A DNA stretch of 64,000 bases from Phormidesmis sp. (GTDB lineage Bacteria > Cyanobacteriota > Cyanobacteriia > Leptolyngbyales > Leptolyngbyaceae). A program made the translations under genes and the position numbers. Each line of letters opens with the position of its first letter. Within the stretch, counting starts at the first letter, position 1. The stretch spans positions 32,001 through 96,000 of the forward strand of contig CBDFJR010000005.1 of assembly GCA_965248535.1 (NCBI GenBank), in the 5' to 3' direction. Positions 33,231-43,530 of this stretch are shown piece after piece. The notes under the pieces were generated by a model. That model ran no database searches, was not told the DNA's origin, and worked only from the letters and a program-made list of their open reading frames with translations.

Positions 33231-34382
33231 GTGATTTCCACCGTGAAACTGAATCGAATAGCGGCAGATCGCCCTGACGGTCTGCCGTCTTTTGCTGTGT
33301 TAGAGTTACGAGCTTCTCTGCTCACCTGGTATGGGCAGTCTGGGCGCGATCTGCCTTGGAGACGAACGCGAGAGCCTTACGCGATTTGGGTTTCTGAGAT
33401 CATGCTTCAGCAGACGCAGGTGAAAACGGTGATTCCCTACTTTGATCGCTGGATGACGCAGTTTCCGACGATCGCGGCGATCGCGGCGGCCGATCTGCAA
33501 TCAGTTCTCAAAGCCTGGGAAGGATTGGGATATTACGCCCGTGCTCGAAATCTGCATCGAGCCGCTCAAGCCATAATGCAGCAGCACAACGGAACGTTTC
33601 CGACTCAGCTAGAAGCGGTGATGGCGCTGCCTGGCATTGGGCGCACCACGGCAGGAGGCATTCTCAGCGCCGCGTTTAATCAGCCTCTGGCGATTTTGGA
33701 TGGAAACGTCAAGCGAGTTTTGGCGCGGCTGATCGCCTTGGAGGTGCCGATCGCCAACGCGCTGCCCAGACTGTGGAAGCTCTCGCAGGATTTAGTCGCT
33801 CCCCAGCAGGGACGAGATTTTAATCAGGCGTTGATGGATTTGGGGGCGACGGTTTGCACGCCTCGCAATCCTACTTGCGGCGTTTGCCCGTGGCGAGGGC
33901 ACTGTCAGGCTTACAATTTAGAGATTCAATCTCAGATACCGATGTCAGAAACTCGTGCTCCGGTGCCTCACAAACAGATTGGCGTGGCCGTGATTTGGAA
34001 CGATCGGGGACAGATTCTCATCGATCGCCGCAAACCAGATGGCTTGCTCGGCGGCTTGTGGGAGTTTCCGGGCGGCAAGGTCGAAGTTGGAGAAACGATC
34101 GAGACGTGCATTCAGCGTGAGATTCGCGAAGAGTTGGGCATTGAAATCGCAGTGGGCGATCGTCTGGTCGTCGTCGATCATGCCTATAGCCATTTTCGGG
34201 TGACGCTCAATGTCCATCACTGCCGCCACTTAAGCGGAGAGCCACAGGCGATCGCGTGTGATGAAATTCGCTGGGTGACGCTAGATGAGCTTGACCAGTT
34301 TCCCTTTCCCAAGGCCAATCTGCAAATTATCGCAGCGCTGCGCCAGGGCAACACACAATCTTCCCAGCCTCCTCTAAAATGA
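33231..34382 (+). CDS. mutY: A/G-specific adenine glycosylase with C-terminal NUDIX domain
   Basis: WVSEIMLQQTQV, LPGIGRTTAG, CTPRNPTCGVCP 4Fe-4S motif, WEFPGGKVE..REIREE. Confidence 0.95.
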   Translation: MISTVKLNRIAADRPDGLPSFAVLELRASLLTWYGQSGRDLPWRRTREPYAIWVSEIMLQQTQVKTVIPYFDRWMTQFPTIAAIAAADLQSVLKAWEGLGYYARARNLHRAAQAIMQQHNGTFPTQLEAVMALPGIGRTTAGGILSAAFNQPLAILDGNVKRVLARLIALEVPIANALPRLWKLSQDLVAPQQGRDFNQALMDLGATVCTPRNPTCGVCPWRGHCQAYNLEIQSQIPMSETRAPVPHKQIGVAVIWNDRGQILIDRRKPDGLLGGLWEFPGGKVEVGETIETCIQREIREELGIEIAVGDRLVVVDHAYSHFRVTLNVHHCRHLSGEPQAIACDEIRWVTLDELDQFPFPKANLQIIAALRQGNTQSSQPPLK

Positions 34383-34408
34383 AGAAATATTGCTAATGAC
34401 GAAAAACT

Positions 34409-34669
34409 ATGGCTGCTAACGTTGAGATTTACACTTGGAGCACTTGCCCCTTCTGCATTCGTGCAAAATCTTTGCTCCAGAGCAAAGGCGTTGACTACAC
34501 TGAATATAATCTTGACGGCGACGAACCCGGACGAGCCAAAATGTCTGAGCGGGCCAACGGCAAACGATCGGTGCCTCAAATTTTCATCAACGATCACTAT
34601 ATCGGTGGCTGTGACGACATTCACGCCCTCGATCGCCAGGGAAAACTTGACCCCCTGCTTGCCAGCTAA
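34409..34669 (+). CDS. grxC: Glutaredoxin 3
   Basis: CPFC, SVPQIFI, IGGCDD. Confidence 0.95.
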   Translation: MAANVEIYTWSTCPFCIRAKSLLQSKGVDYTEYNLDGDEPGRAKMSERANGKRSVPQIFINDHYIGGCDDIHALDRQGKLDPLLAS

Positions 34670-34703
34670 CTAACCAGATTTAGAGCCGCCTAAGGACATT
34701 ACT

Positions 34704-35666
34704 GTGAAATTTGCATTCATTATTGACCCCATCCATCGGCTTGACCCCACTCACGACACCAGCATCGCCTTGATGGAAGCCGCGCAAGAGTTGGGGCACG
34801 AAGTCTGGATGACTCAGGCAAATCGGTTGAGCGTCATCGACGGCAAAGCGTGGGCAATGCTAGAGCAGGTGCATCTAACCCCGGTGACGCTGGTGGAGGG
34901 GCGTTGGGTGACGATCGAGTCCTGGTTTTCGCTCGACTCCCCCACGTTTTGTCCCCTCGAAACGATGGACGCGGTGTTCATGCGAACTGATCCCCCCGTC
35001 GATACGGCCTATCTCTATGCGACTTACATTCTGGATTATGTTGACCCGGCTAAAACCCGCGTGATCAACTCGCCCAGCGGCATTCGAGCCGCCAACGAAA
35101 AAATGTATGCGCTGCAATTTACCGAGGCGATTCCTGAAACGATCGTCAGTCAAGATAAAGCTGTGATTCGGCAATTTTTAGAGAAAAAAGGAGCGGCCGT
35201 TCTCAAACCCCTAGGCGGCAAAGCTGGAGAAGGAATTCTGTTTTTAGAACCGAGCGATCGCAACTTTAACTCGCTGGTTGAGATCAGCACACTTCAAGGC
35301 AAGTTGCCTGTGATGGTGCAGACTTATTTGCCAGAAGCCAAAGACGGCGATAAGCGCATTATTTTGCTCAACGGCAGCCCGATCGGGGCCGTCAATCGCA
35401 TCCCTACCGGAACTGATTTTCGGGGCAACATGGCCGTAGGCGGACGAGTCGCCTCTGTAGATATGACAGAACGAGACCACGAAATTTGCACCCAGCTTGC
35501 ACCCACCCTGCAACGCGATGGCTTGGTGTTTGTTGGCATCGACGTGATCGGCGGTTATTTAACAGAAGTGAACGTCACCAGCCCGACTGGAATTCGTGAA
35601 GTCGATCGCCTGAGCAATGTTCGTCTTGCTGACCAGGTGATTGAGTGGCTCCAGCAAACTCACTAA
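34704..35666 (+). CDS. gshB: Glutathione synthetase
   Basis: MRTDPP, NEKMY, FRGNMAVGG, EVNVTSPTG. Confidence 0.96.
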   Translation: MKFAFIIDPIHRLDPTHDTSIALMEAAQELGHEVWMTQANRLSVIDGKAWAMLEQVHLTPVTLVEGRWVTIESWFSLDSPTFCPLETMDAVFMRTDPPVDTAYLYATYILDYVDPAKTRVINSPSGIRAANEKMYALQFTEAIPETIVSQDKAVIRQFLEKKGAAVLKPLGGKAGEGILFLEPSDRNFNSLVEISTLQGKLPVMVQTYLPEAKDGDKRIILLNGSPIGAVNRIPTGTDFRGNMAVGGRVASVDMTERDHEICTQLAPTLQRDGLVFVGIDVIGGYLTEVNVTSPTGIREVDRLSNVRLADQVIEWLQQTH

Positions 35667-35744
35667 TTTTTGCGTCGCTAAAGCCTATGATAAAATGCTT
35701 TACCTACGATTAATATAGTCATCAGTCTTTTCCAAAGTCAGCCG

Positions 35745-37955
35745 ATGGTGCAGTCCAATAAACGGCAAAAGCCTATCTGGGCAGGGTTAACTCAAGCAGT
35801 TTGGGAAAGAGGTCGAGTTTGGATCACGGCTACCGGGGTGGCAGGGTGTGTGATTGCGCTGCGATTGACTGGGCTGCTGCAACCCTGGGAGCTAGGCGCG
35901 TTAGATGAGTTTTTTCGATTGCGCCCCCTAGAACCGAGGGACGATCGCATCGTCATCATCGGACTGAGTGAATCAGATTTACAGCAAATCAACTGGCCGA
36001 TCTCAGATGCGACGCTGACGCAGCTTTTGCAAAAAATTCGGGCTGCCAAACCGCGAGCGATCGGACTTGACCTCTATCGCGATTTGCCCAGTCGAGCGGG
36101 TCACTCAGAGTTGCTCGAAACGTTTCGCGAGATGCCGCACCTAGTCGGAGTCGAGCAACTCAAAGATCACGAAAGCGATGGCGTAGCCCCGCCTCCGGCG
36201 TTAGCCCAACTTGACCAAGTGGGCTTTAACAACGTCATTTTTGACCCCGATCGCAAAGTCCGGCGATCGTTGCTCTATTGGCCAAAAAGTTCAGATGGCA
36301 AAGTTCATAAAAGCTTCTCCTTAAAACTAGCCCTGGTTTATCTCAAAGCCTTTGGCATTCGAGAACAAGCTGCCCCCCAAAATTCTCGATATCTACAGCT
36401 CGATCGAGCCGTGTTTCCCCAGTTTCGCTCCAACGATGGGGTTTATGCTCAGGCAGATGATGGGGCTTACCAAATTCTGGCAAACTTTCGAGGGCCGACC
36501 CATTACTTTGACACCGTTTCAGTCACAGATATTTTAGAGGAGCGCGTCTCAGTCGAGAGATTGCACGATCGCATTGTTTTAATCGGCTCAACTGCCACTA
36601 GCCTCAAAGACTTTACCCCCAACCCCTACAGCAGTTCGTGGACAACTGCCTCAGAGCCAATGCCTGGGGTAGAGCTACAAGCCAACTTTATTAGCCAAAT
36701 TATCAGCACCACCCTAGACGGGCGCACCCTGCTCAAGGTTTGGGTCGAGCCTGGAGAATGGCTATGGATTTTGGCTTGGGCTTTTGCAGGCACCCACTTG
36801 AGTTGGCAACTGCGATCGCCGCGCCGCTCAATCATCGCGATCGGGGTTCTGAGTTTTGGGCTGACCGTCATCTGCTATCTGTCCTTTTTAGGAGGCTGGA
36901 TTGTGCCGCTGGTGCCTCCTCTAGTCGCGTTATCAGTGTCGGTAATCGTGATGATTAGCGATATTGCCCACTCAGACGAAGAACTCAAACGATCGAAAGA
37001 ATTTCTGCATCGCATTATCAACACCATTCCTGACCCTATTTTTGTAAAAGATAAAAGTCATCGGTGGATTGTGTTAAATGAAGCCTATTCAAGACTGTTA
37101 GGAAGACCCATCAAAGAACTAATTGGCAAGTCTGATCATCAGATATTTTCTGAACACGAAGCCAATATTTTTAAACAGCAAGACGAACTCGTTTTTAAGT
37201 ATGAAACTGAAGTCGAACACGAAGAAGAATTTACCAGCTTAGAGGGAGTCACCTATCAAATTGCAACCAAGCGATCGCTGCACAAAGACGCAGCCGGAAA
37301 TCTATTTTTAGTCGGCGTAATTCGAGATATCACCCAGCGCAAAACCATTGAAGAAGAATTGCGGCGCACCACCCAAGAGCTATCTCGATCGAATGCAGAG
37401 TTGCTTCTCTCGCAAGACCGCCTCAACTATCTAGCAAACCACGATCCTTTAACAGGCTTACCTAACCGCAATCTATTTGATGAACGGCTTCATGAGTGTC
37501 TAAAATGGGCAGACACAACCCAACAAATAGTGGCATTAATGTTTCTAGATTTAGATGGGTTTAAGAAGATTAACGACACCCTTGGGCATGGCGTGGGCGA
37601 TGCACTTTTGCAAGCAGTGGCTAAACGGTTGAATGGCTGTTTGAGAACTAGTGATCTAGTGGCTCGCCTCGGCGGAGACGAATTTGTGATTCTCTTGACT
37701 GCGGTGCCCCAAGTGCAAGACGTAGCAGGCATCGCCCGAAAGATTTTGACCACGCTCTCTCAGGCATTTGCCGTTTCAAATCAAACAATTTTTGTGACCA
37801 CAAGCATCGGAATTAGTATTTTTCCGGCTGATGGCGAAGAGGCTGACTTGCTCATTCAGCAGGCAGATGAGGCCATGTATCAGGCAAAAAAATTAGGCAA
37901 AAATCAATATAGATTTGCGTCACCCGCCAGTGATCAAGACTATTTGAGCCATTAG
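35745..37955 (+). CDS. CHASE2-PAS-GGDEF diguanylate cyclase
   Basis: PRAIGLDLYRD CHASE2, three TM helices, PAS (IPDPIFVKD), HDPLTGLPNR, RTSD I-site, RLGGDEF. Confidence 0.92.
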   Translation: MVQSNKRQKPIWAGLTQAVWERGRVWITATGVAGCVIALRLTGLLQPWELGALDEFFRLRPLEPRDDRIVIIGLSESDLQQINWPISDATLTQLLQKIRAAKPRAIGLDLYRDLPSRAGHSELLETFREMPHLVGVEQLKDHESDGVAPPPALAQLDQVGFNNVIFDPDRKVRRSLLYWPKSSDGKVHKSFSLKLALVYLKAFGIREQAAPQNSRYLQLDRAVFPQFRSNDGVYAQADDGAYQILANFRGPTHYFDTVSVTDILEERVSVERLHDRIVLIGSTATSLKDFTPNPYSSSWTTASEPMPGVELQANFISQIISTTLDGRTLLKVWVEPGEWLWILAWAFAGTHLSWQLRSPRRSIIAIGVLSFGLTVICYLSFLGGWIVPLVPPLVALSVSVIVMISDIAHSDEELKRSKEFLHRIINTIPDPIFVKDKSHRWIVLNEAYSRLLGRPIKELIGKSDHQIFSEHEANIFKQQDELVFKYETEVEHEEEFTSLEGVTYQIATKRSLHKDAAGNLFLVGVIRDITQRKTIEEELRRTTQELSRSNAELLLSQDRLNYLANHDPLTGLPNRNLFDERLHECLKWADTTQQIVALMFLDLDGFKKINDTLGHGVGDALLQAVAKRLNGCLRTSDLVARLGGDEFVILLTAVPQVQDVAGIARKILTTLSQAFAVSNQTIFVTTSIGISIFPADGEEADLLIQQADEAMYQAKKLGKNQYRFASPASDQDYLSH

Positions 37956-38057
37956 TTTTGGCGCAAAGCAGACGGCTGCAAGGGGCAAAGCAGCCAGAGG
38001 GAACCGAGTGGCCACGATCGCTCCCCTGCCCAGCCCCTTTCTTAGCTATCGCATTCC

Positions 38058-38903
38058 CTAAACCGCCGTCCGGGTGAGCAGCACGGGGCAGTTAGCATAG
38101 ACTCGCACATAGTCCGACAGAGAGTTGCCCAACAGGCGATCGAGGTCAGGCAAGCCCTTAGCGATCGAGGGGCGACGCTCAGGCGAGCCGAGCATTAGCA
38201 AATCGGCTTTAGTGTCTTCTGCCAGCCGACAGAGCACTTCTCCAGCCTTGCCTGAAGCCAAAATAGATCGATGGGCAACGCCTGCTTTTTTCGCCTCAGA
38301 TGCTGCTGCCGCTAGACTCGGCTCTTTTTCTGCATCGGCTCCAGTTTTTTCACCTCTCTTAGCGTCAGAGTCAACGTGCGCCAAGGTCAACTGTCCGCCT
38401 TTGATGTCGCGAGTCAGCGCCAACGCCAGCTTTAGGGCTTGCTTAGAGGCAGCAGAACTGTCGATCGCCACCATCACCCGGTTAATTTTACGCACATAAA
38501 TTTCATCTTTGACCAGCAACATGGGGCTGGATGACAACTGAAAAACATATTGGCTCACCGAGTTTTCTAAAATCGAAACGAGCCGCTTTAAGCCACGCGA
38601 TCCCATAATAATCAGGTCAGCGTTGAGTTCTTCAGCAACCTTGCAAACCACATCTTTGGGTTCTCCCTGCCGCAAAACGGCCGCCACATGATCTGCGTCT
38701 AAATTAAGAGACTGAATGGCTTTTGCCAGCACTCTGCCCCCTTCTTCCCATTTTTCGGCCATTGCATCCGCAGAGACCTGAGCCGGAACCACATGCAGCA
38801 CGGTCACAAACGCTCGTTGAATGGCCGGAATCTCCATCAGCGCTTTCAGCATGGCTTCAGACTGTCCAGTCCCTGAGTCAGCCAATAAGATTTTTTCTAT
38901 CAT
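38058..38903 (-). CDS. Tandem universal stress protein
   Basis: KILLADSG, DLIIMGSRG, second USP domain ending CPVLL. Confidence 0.92.
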   Translation of the reverse strand: MIEKILLADSGTGQSEAMLKALMEIPAIQRAFVTVLHVVPAQVSADAMAEKWEEGGRVLAKAIQSLNLDADHVAAVLRQGEPKDVVCKVAEELNADLIIMGSRGLKRLVSILENSVSQYVFQLSSSPMLLVKDEIYVRKINRVMVAIDSSAASKQALKLALALTRDIKGGQLTLAHVDSDAKRGEKTGADAEKEPSLAAAASEAKKAGVAHRSILASGKAGEVLCRLAEDTKADLLMLGSPERRPSIAKGLPDLDRLLGNSLSDYVRVYANCPVLLTRTAV

Positions 38904-39049
38904 GAGTTTGCCTCATCTATTAATCGTCTCTGATCGTATTTAAGATCGTGGGCTTGACCCATTTTGCAAAATGTTGCAATGGTTCACAATTGGCGGCTCA
39001 ACAGCAACGGGTGTAGAAGGCGTAGAATACGATCGGTGATTTTAAGAAG

Positions 39050-39532
39050 GTGGGTGACGTGTCAGAGCAACCGCAATTATCGACCACAAATATTGTCCAG
39101 CCCGAACTGCAAGTCGCTTCGATCAATTGGTTTGACTATCCGGTGAGAGCGTTTCCGCACCATACTGACTATGCGGGGGTGGTGTGGCACGGCACGTTTT
39201 TGGCTTGGTTAGAAGAGGCGCGGGTAGAATGCCTACGATCGATGGGCGTTGACTTTGCTGAGTTGGTGGCGCTGGGCTGCAATTTGCCCGTTATGGAGTT
39301 GTCGATTCGCTATCATCAGTCGATTCAAATGGGGATGGATGCGATCGTTAAAACCCGCATCGCTGACATGGAGGGCGTTCGCATTAACTGCGATTCTCAG
39401 ATTCAGTCTTTAGAGGGTGACGTTTTGTTTGCAACGGCACGGGTGACGCTCGTCGCGGTAGACCTAGCAAAAGGCAAAATTATGCGTCAGTTGCCTTCGG
39501 CAGTCAAAGATGCCCTGATGAAGAATTTTTGA
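39050..39532 (+). CDS. Acyl-CoA thioesterase (4HBT/YbgC family)
   Basis: HHTDYAGVVWHGTFLAWLEEAR hotdog-fold motif. Confidence 0.88.
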   Translation: MGDVSEQPQLSTTNIVQPELQVASINWFDYPVRAFPHHTDYAGVVWHGTFLAWLEEARVECLRSMGVDFAELVALGCNLPVMELSIRYHQSIQMGMDAIVKTRIADMEGVRINCDSQIQSLEGDVLFATARVTLVAVDLAKGKIMRQLPSAVKDALMKNF

Positions 39533-39586
39533 CTATCTCTGATTAAATTCATGATCCTAAGATCTGGACTAAAGCTCCAATTTCTT

Positions 39587-39731
39587 CTGATACCCATTTC
39601 GGATGCAATTGCGACTGATCGTTCAATCCGACGGGGCACGGCAGTGCCATGCCCCTACGCTTTTTGTACGGGCATCGCACTGCCGGGCCCTCGTGCGGAT
39701 CTGTCGCATTCACAAATCAAATTGGTATGAG
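39587..39731. repeat. ~145-bp MITE-like repeat with REP-like GC palindromes inside
   Basis: Ends ATACCCATTTCGGATGCAATTGCGAC and GTCGCATTCACAAATCAAATTGGTAT are imperfect IRs; core GGGCACGGCAGTGCCATGCCCCTAC plus a second degenerate copy. Confidence 0.6.
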
Positions 39732-39982
39732 AAATCGGAGCTTTGATCTCGCACAGCAGGTCTTTAACGGCAATCACACACTCTGCAAACGCTAGCGGTG
39801 CAATGGTCAACGCTTTCGCCAAAATGGTTTCGCTCGCCCAATCAACGTTCTACAAGGTGATTAATCCGACTAACGGCGGCACGATGAGCGGTTCCTTTCG
39901 CTGCCATCTTGATAACATTCGCACTGGGATTTGCCGGAGTGCGATCGCAGAGTTCATAGACAGCTAACCTTCAAAATCGACA

Positions 39983-41881
39983 CTATTCAACAGTAACGCT
40001 CTTGGCCAGGTTGCGAGGCTGATCGACATCCAACCCCCGCCGCGCCGCAATATGATAAGCCAGCAGTTGCAGCGGAATCACCGTCAAAATCGGCGATAGC
40101 AACTCGTCTACATGAGGCACCGGGATGAGTGTATCAAAGGTGTCTGCGGCTTCTTGCTCATCCATCGGGGTCACGCCGATCAGTCGCGCATCTCGTGCCC
40201 GCGCTTCTTGAGCGTTAGAAAGCACCTTCTCGTAGACCGCGCCCGGCATGGCGATCGCCACCACAGGCACCTTGGCATCTAAGAGAGCGATCGGGCCGTG
40301 CTTCATCTCACCCGCGGGATAGCCTTCAGCGTGAATGTAGCTGATTTCTTTGAGCTTCAGGGCCCCTTCGAGCGCGATCGGGAAGTTAATTCCCCGTCCC
40401 AAAAAGATAAAGTCTTGAGTCTCGGCAAAGTCGTGGGCCAGTTCTTCGATATAGCGTTCTTGGCTTTCTAACACAACTTCCATCTGAGCCGGAAGCTGTC
40501 GCAGCCCAACTAAGATGGCTTCAAGCTGCTCAGGTGACTTGGCTTGACGGCGATAGGTCAGATCCAACGCGAGCGCATAGAAGGCCATCACCTGAGCCAC
40601 AAAGGTTTTGGTTGCCGCTACGCCGATCTCAATTCCCGCATGAGTGTCAATAATGTTGGGCACTAGATGACCGAGCGAGCTTTCAGGACGGTTGGTGATG
40701 CCGAGCAGACGAGACTGCAACTCAGGATTTTGAGTGAACCCCGATCGCCGTTTCTTCTCCATCTCCAAGGCGGCTAATGTGTCGGCAGTCTCACCGGATT
40801 GCGTCACCCCGATCGTCAGCGTATTCCATGTAATCGGAGCCGGAGCATAGCGAAACTCTGACGCATAATCCACCGTGGTAGGTACTCCTGCCAATTGCTC
40901 TAAAAGATATTTACCTACCAAGCCAGCGTGCCAACTCGTCCCGCAGGCCACGATTTGAATGTGCTGTAAATCTGTCACCAGTTCAGACGGCAAGCCGAGA
41001 TGAATGGGCGATTTGTTGGCAGCAGCATCGATCGCGGCCCACTCGCTGTCAAAATAGGCTTCTAAACAAGCGCGAACGACTCCGGGTTGCTCATAAATTT
41101 CTTTGAGCATGAAGTGTTTAAAGCCCTGTTTCTCGACCATGACCGGGTTCCAGTTCAGCGTGCGCGGAGTCTTTTTGAGGCGATGTCCGTCAAAGCTATA
41201 AATCTCTACGCCTAGAGGAGTCATTCGCGCCAATTCACCATTGTCGAGAGGCAACACTGCACGAGTGTAAGGCACCAATGCAGGCGTGTCAGAGGCACAA
41301 TAAAACTCGCCCTGCCCAAAGCCGATCACAACGGGGGCCTGTTGACGCGCCACGATCAACTCGTCGGCATGGTCAGCAGAAATGACGGCGATCGCAAACG
41401 CCCCCTTGAGCCGATTTACCACCAGCCGCACAGCTTCTAAAAAAGGCATTGGAGCGTCATTTAAAGCAGCAAGCTGCTCGGCAATTAAGTGAGGAATGAC
41501 TTCGGTATCAGTGTCCGATCGGAAGACACAGCCGCGACTTTTTAAGTCTTCGCGCAGTTCGCGGTAGTTTTCAATAATGCCGTTTTGGATAACTGCAATG
41601 CGCTGGTCAGTATCCATGTGGGGATGGGCATTGTATTCTTCGGGTTTGCCGTGGGTTGCCCAGCGAGTGTGCGCGATGCCGATGCGAGCGGGGTTGGTTT
41701 CCCCAGCCAGTTTTTCTTCAAGGTTGATCAGTTTGCCCTTGGCTCTCACGCAGTGAATTTCACCTTCTAAGACGGTGGCGATTCCGGCTGAGTCATAGCC
41801 CCGATATTCTAGTTTGCGAAGCCCTTCGAGCAAGATGCCGCTGGCTGCCTGAGTTCCGATGTAGCCGACAATTCCACACAT
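39983..41881 (-). CDS. glmS: Glutamine--fructose-6-phosphate aminotransferase
   Basis: MCGIVG, HTRWATHG, EGALKLKEISYIHAEG, PRNLAKSVTVE. Confidence 0.97.
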   Translation of the reverse strand: MCGIVGYIGTQAASGILLEGLRKLEYRGYDSAGIATVLEGEIHCVRAKGKLINLEEKLAGETNPARIGIAHTRWATHGKPEEYNAHPHMDTDQRIAVIQNGIIENYRELREDLKSRGCVFRSDTDTEVIPHLIAEQLAALNDAPMPFLEAVRLVVNRLKGAFAIAVISADHADELIVARQQAPVVIGFGQGEFYCASDTPALVPYTRAVLPLDNGELARMTPLGVEIYSFDGHRLKKTPRTLNWNPVMVEKQGFKHFMLKEIYEQPGVVRACLEAYFDSEWAAIDAAANKSPIHLGLPSELVTDLQHIQIVACGTSWHAGLVGKYLLEQLAGVPTTVDYASEFRYAPAPITWNTLTIGVTQSGETADTLAALEMEKKRRSGFTQNPELQSRLLGITNRPESSLGHLVPNIIDTHAGIEIGVAATKTFVAQVMAFYALALDLTYRRQAKSPEQLEAILVGLRQLPAQMEVVLESQERYIEELAHDFAETQDFIFLGRGINFPIALEGALKLKEISYIHAEGYPAGEMKHGPIALLDAKVPVVAIAMPGAVYEKVLSNAQEARARDARLIGVTPMDEQEAADTFDTLIPVPHVDELLSPILTVIPLQLLAYHIAARRGLDVDQPRNLAKSVTVE

Positions 41882-42025
41882 AGCTCACTCCTGGGTGAAT
41901 CGAGTCGTGACGTTCTCCGCTAAATTTAGCTTGAGTCTGTGCAGGATACCAGAATCGGGAGCCAACGATCGGGCATTAAGAGACCAGCTTGATAGAGACT
42001 GCTAAAACCGAGCAACCTTCGTTAA

Positions 42026-42211
42026 TCACTTGAGTGGGCTGCGATCATGCATATCATTCACAACTTGAGTGCTAACAGCGCAGTTACTCGTGTTGATTAG
42101 ATCAATTGCGATCGATCGCTTTCTCATTTCTGCTTGTTGTCCTGTAACTGGATCAGCCAATAGGCGATACAGCCAGATATTAGAGTCGATAAAACATAGA
42201 GAGTCTGTCAT
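42026..42211 (-). pseudogene. Truncated PIN-domain toxin
   Basis: FIDSNIWLY...VSTQVVN then abrupt end at about half PIN length. Confidence 0.7.
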
Positions 42212-42243
42212 TACTAGCGGTTCCTTCGGAGTTGCGCTTTGCG

Positions 42244-42459
42244 CTAATCGTGCATCTCATCACGGGTCATTGCTCGAATTCTGGGTACTGGAATCGGGTT
42301 TTGTGCGAGTTCATCCATAATGTCGGGTTGCGATCGCTTCTTAGGTTGTTTCGTCACAATAATTTTGACGGTTTGCACCTCTGCTACATCTTATTGATAT
42401 TCATTAGGAATAACGATTTCACCATTTTCAACTTTTGCCTGAAACTCTACTGTTGTCAT
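42244..42459 (-). pseudogene. Antitoxin-like gene with an internal stop
   Basis: Manual translation MTTVEFQAKVENGEIVIPNEYQ*DVAEVQTVKIIV...MTRDEMHD*; GGAG upstream. Confidence 0.7.
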
Positions 42460-42655
42460 AACAATTCTCCAAAGTGCGTAGCCTCATTCTACAACTCCAT
42501 TTTGGCGAAGTGTTCTTGCAAGAGTTTGTGAATGAAGCGATAGCGACCGCCGATGCGCTGGAGAAACATTCGCTCTGTGGCGTAGTTTAGAGAGCGAACA
42601 ACTTCTCAGGGGATGTCATGGGAGAATTGCAAGTGACGTGAAGTGATCAATTTGA

Positions 42656-42975
42656 ATGGAGATTGAAGATATTATTGGAGCGATCGGGGCAGGCAAAATC
42701 GTTCCATCACGGCATAGTTTAAGGGCGGCGACAGAAGATGATTTGGTAATGGGTGAAGTGTACCTATCTGTCACAGAGAAAGGTGAAGTCATTGAAGATT
42801 ATCCTGATGCCTACCCGATGCCTGCCTGCTTGATTTTGGGGTTCAATACTTTAATACTATTGATGAGCCGATTCATTCGGTCTGGGGCTACGATGGAGTC
42901 AATCAAGTTGCTAGGCTGATTACGGTATATCGTCCTGACCCGAATCGCTGGATTAATTGGAGGATCAGAAAATGA
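42656..42975 (+). pseudogene. DUF4258-like toxin, frameshifted
   Basis: GEVIEDYPDAYPMPACLILG; after an 8-bp imperfect duplication at ~42842-42857 it continues in another frame as DEPIHSVWGY...LITVYRPDPNRW. Confidence 0.75.
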
Positions 42976-43151
42976 CGCTGGAACAATTACAACAATGGGC
43001 ACAAGCGCAGATTGATAACTCTGCGGAACCGGAGGTTAGACCTGATATTGGGGTTTCTGTGTTGCAGTTAGTGGACGAACTTGAGCGATTGCACGATCGC
43101 GTTAGAGAGTTAGAAGCAAAGTTATCAACTTCTGTATTGTCTAAAACTTAA
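42972..43151 (+). CDS. Small coiled-coil protein coupled to the DUF4258 gene
   Basis: ATGA overlap with the reconstructed DUF4258 stop; MTLEQLQQWAQ...LERLHDRVRELEAKL. Confidence 0.55.
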   Translation: MTLEQLQQWAQAQIDNSAEPEVRPDIGVSVLQLVDELERLHDRVRELEAKLSTSVLSKT

Positions 43152-43246
43152 TCTTTACTGAGCTTTGAAATAGTGTCTGTCTCGCGTCATAGATCGTGAT
43201 GGCTGATGATACGATTGCCTGCTTACGATCAAGATTTCGGCTGGTT

Positions 43247-43394
43247 TCAATTCTGAAATCCTGCGGCGATTTCTTGGTTGACACCTTCAATTCCACTGCC
43301 GATAGACTTCTTGGCGAGTTCTCCCGCTCCCGATTTGATGAATTCGTTGAATGCTAAGGCAGCGATCGTCACAGCAGTGATGGGTTCAGGCATG
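43247..43394 (-). pseudogene. Probable N-terminal fragment of a hypothetical protein
   Basis: MPEPITAVTIAALAFNEFIKSGAGELAKK is a protein-like start that ends after 48 aa. Confidence 0.4.
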
Positions 43395-43487
43395 GGGCAA
43401 AAATTCTCTACGCTGCCTCTTTCATAGCCGACGATCGAGCTATTTTCTGGAAGAACCAAAGCGATCGAGGGCTTCCCCAATAGTGCC

Positions 43488-43512
43488 AAAAAAAAGGAGG
43501 CAACTTGCCCCC
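43488..43512 (-). terminator. Rho-independent terminator, probably for psaC
   Basis: Minus strand GGGGGC-AAGTT-GCCTCC followed by T8. Confidence 0.65.
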
Positions 43513-43530
43513 AGTTTTGAACCCACATGA

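Noticed and set aside
39743..39967. 74-aa ORF between the repeat and glmS
   Set aside because: TTG start, no motif; the opposite-strand frame has an internal stop, so neither can be supported
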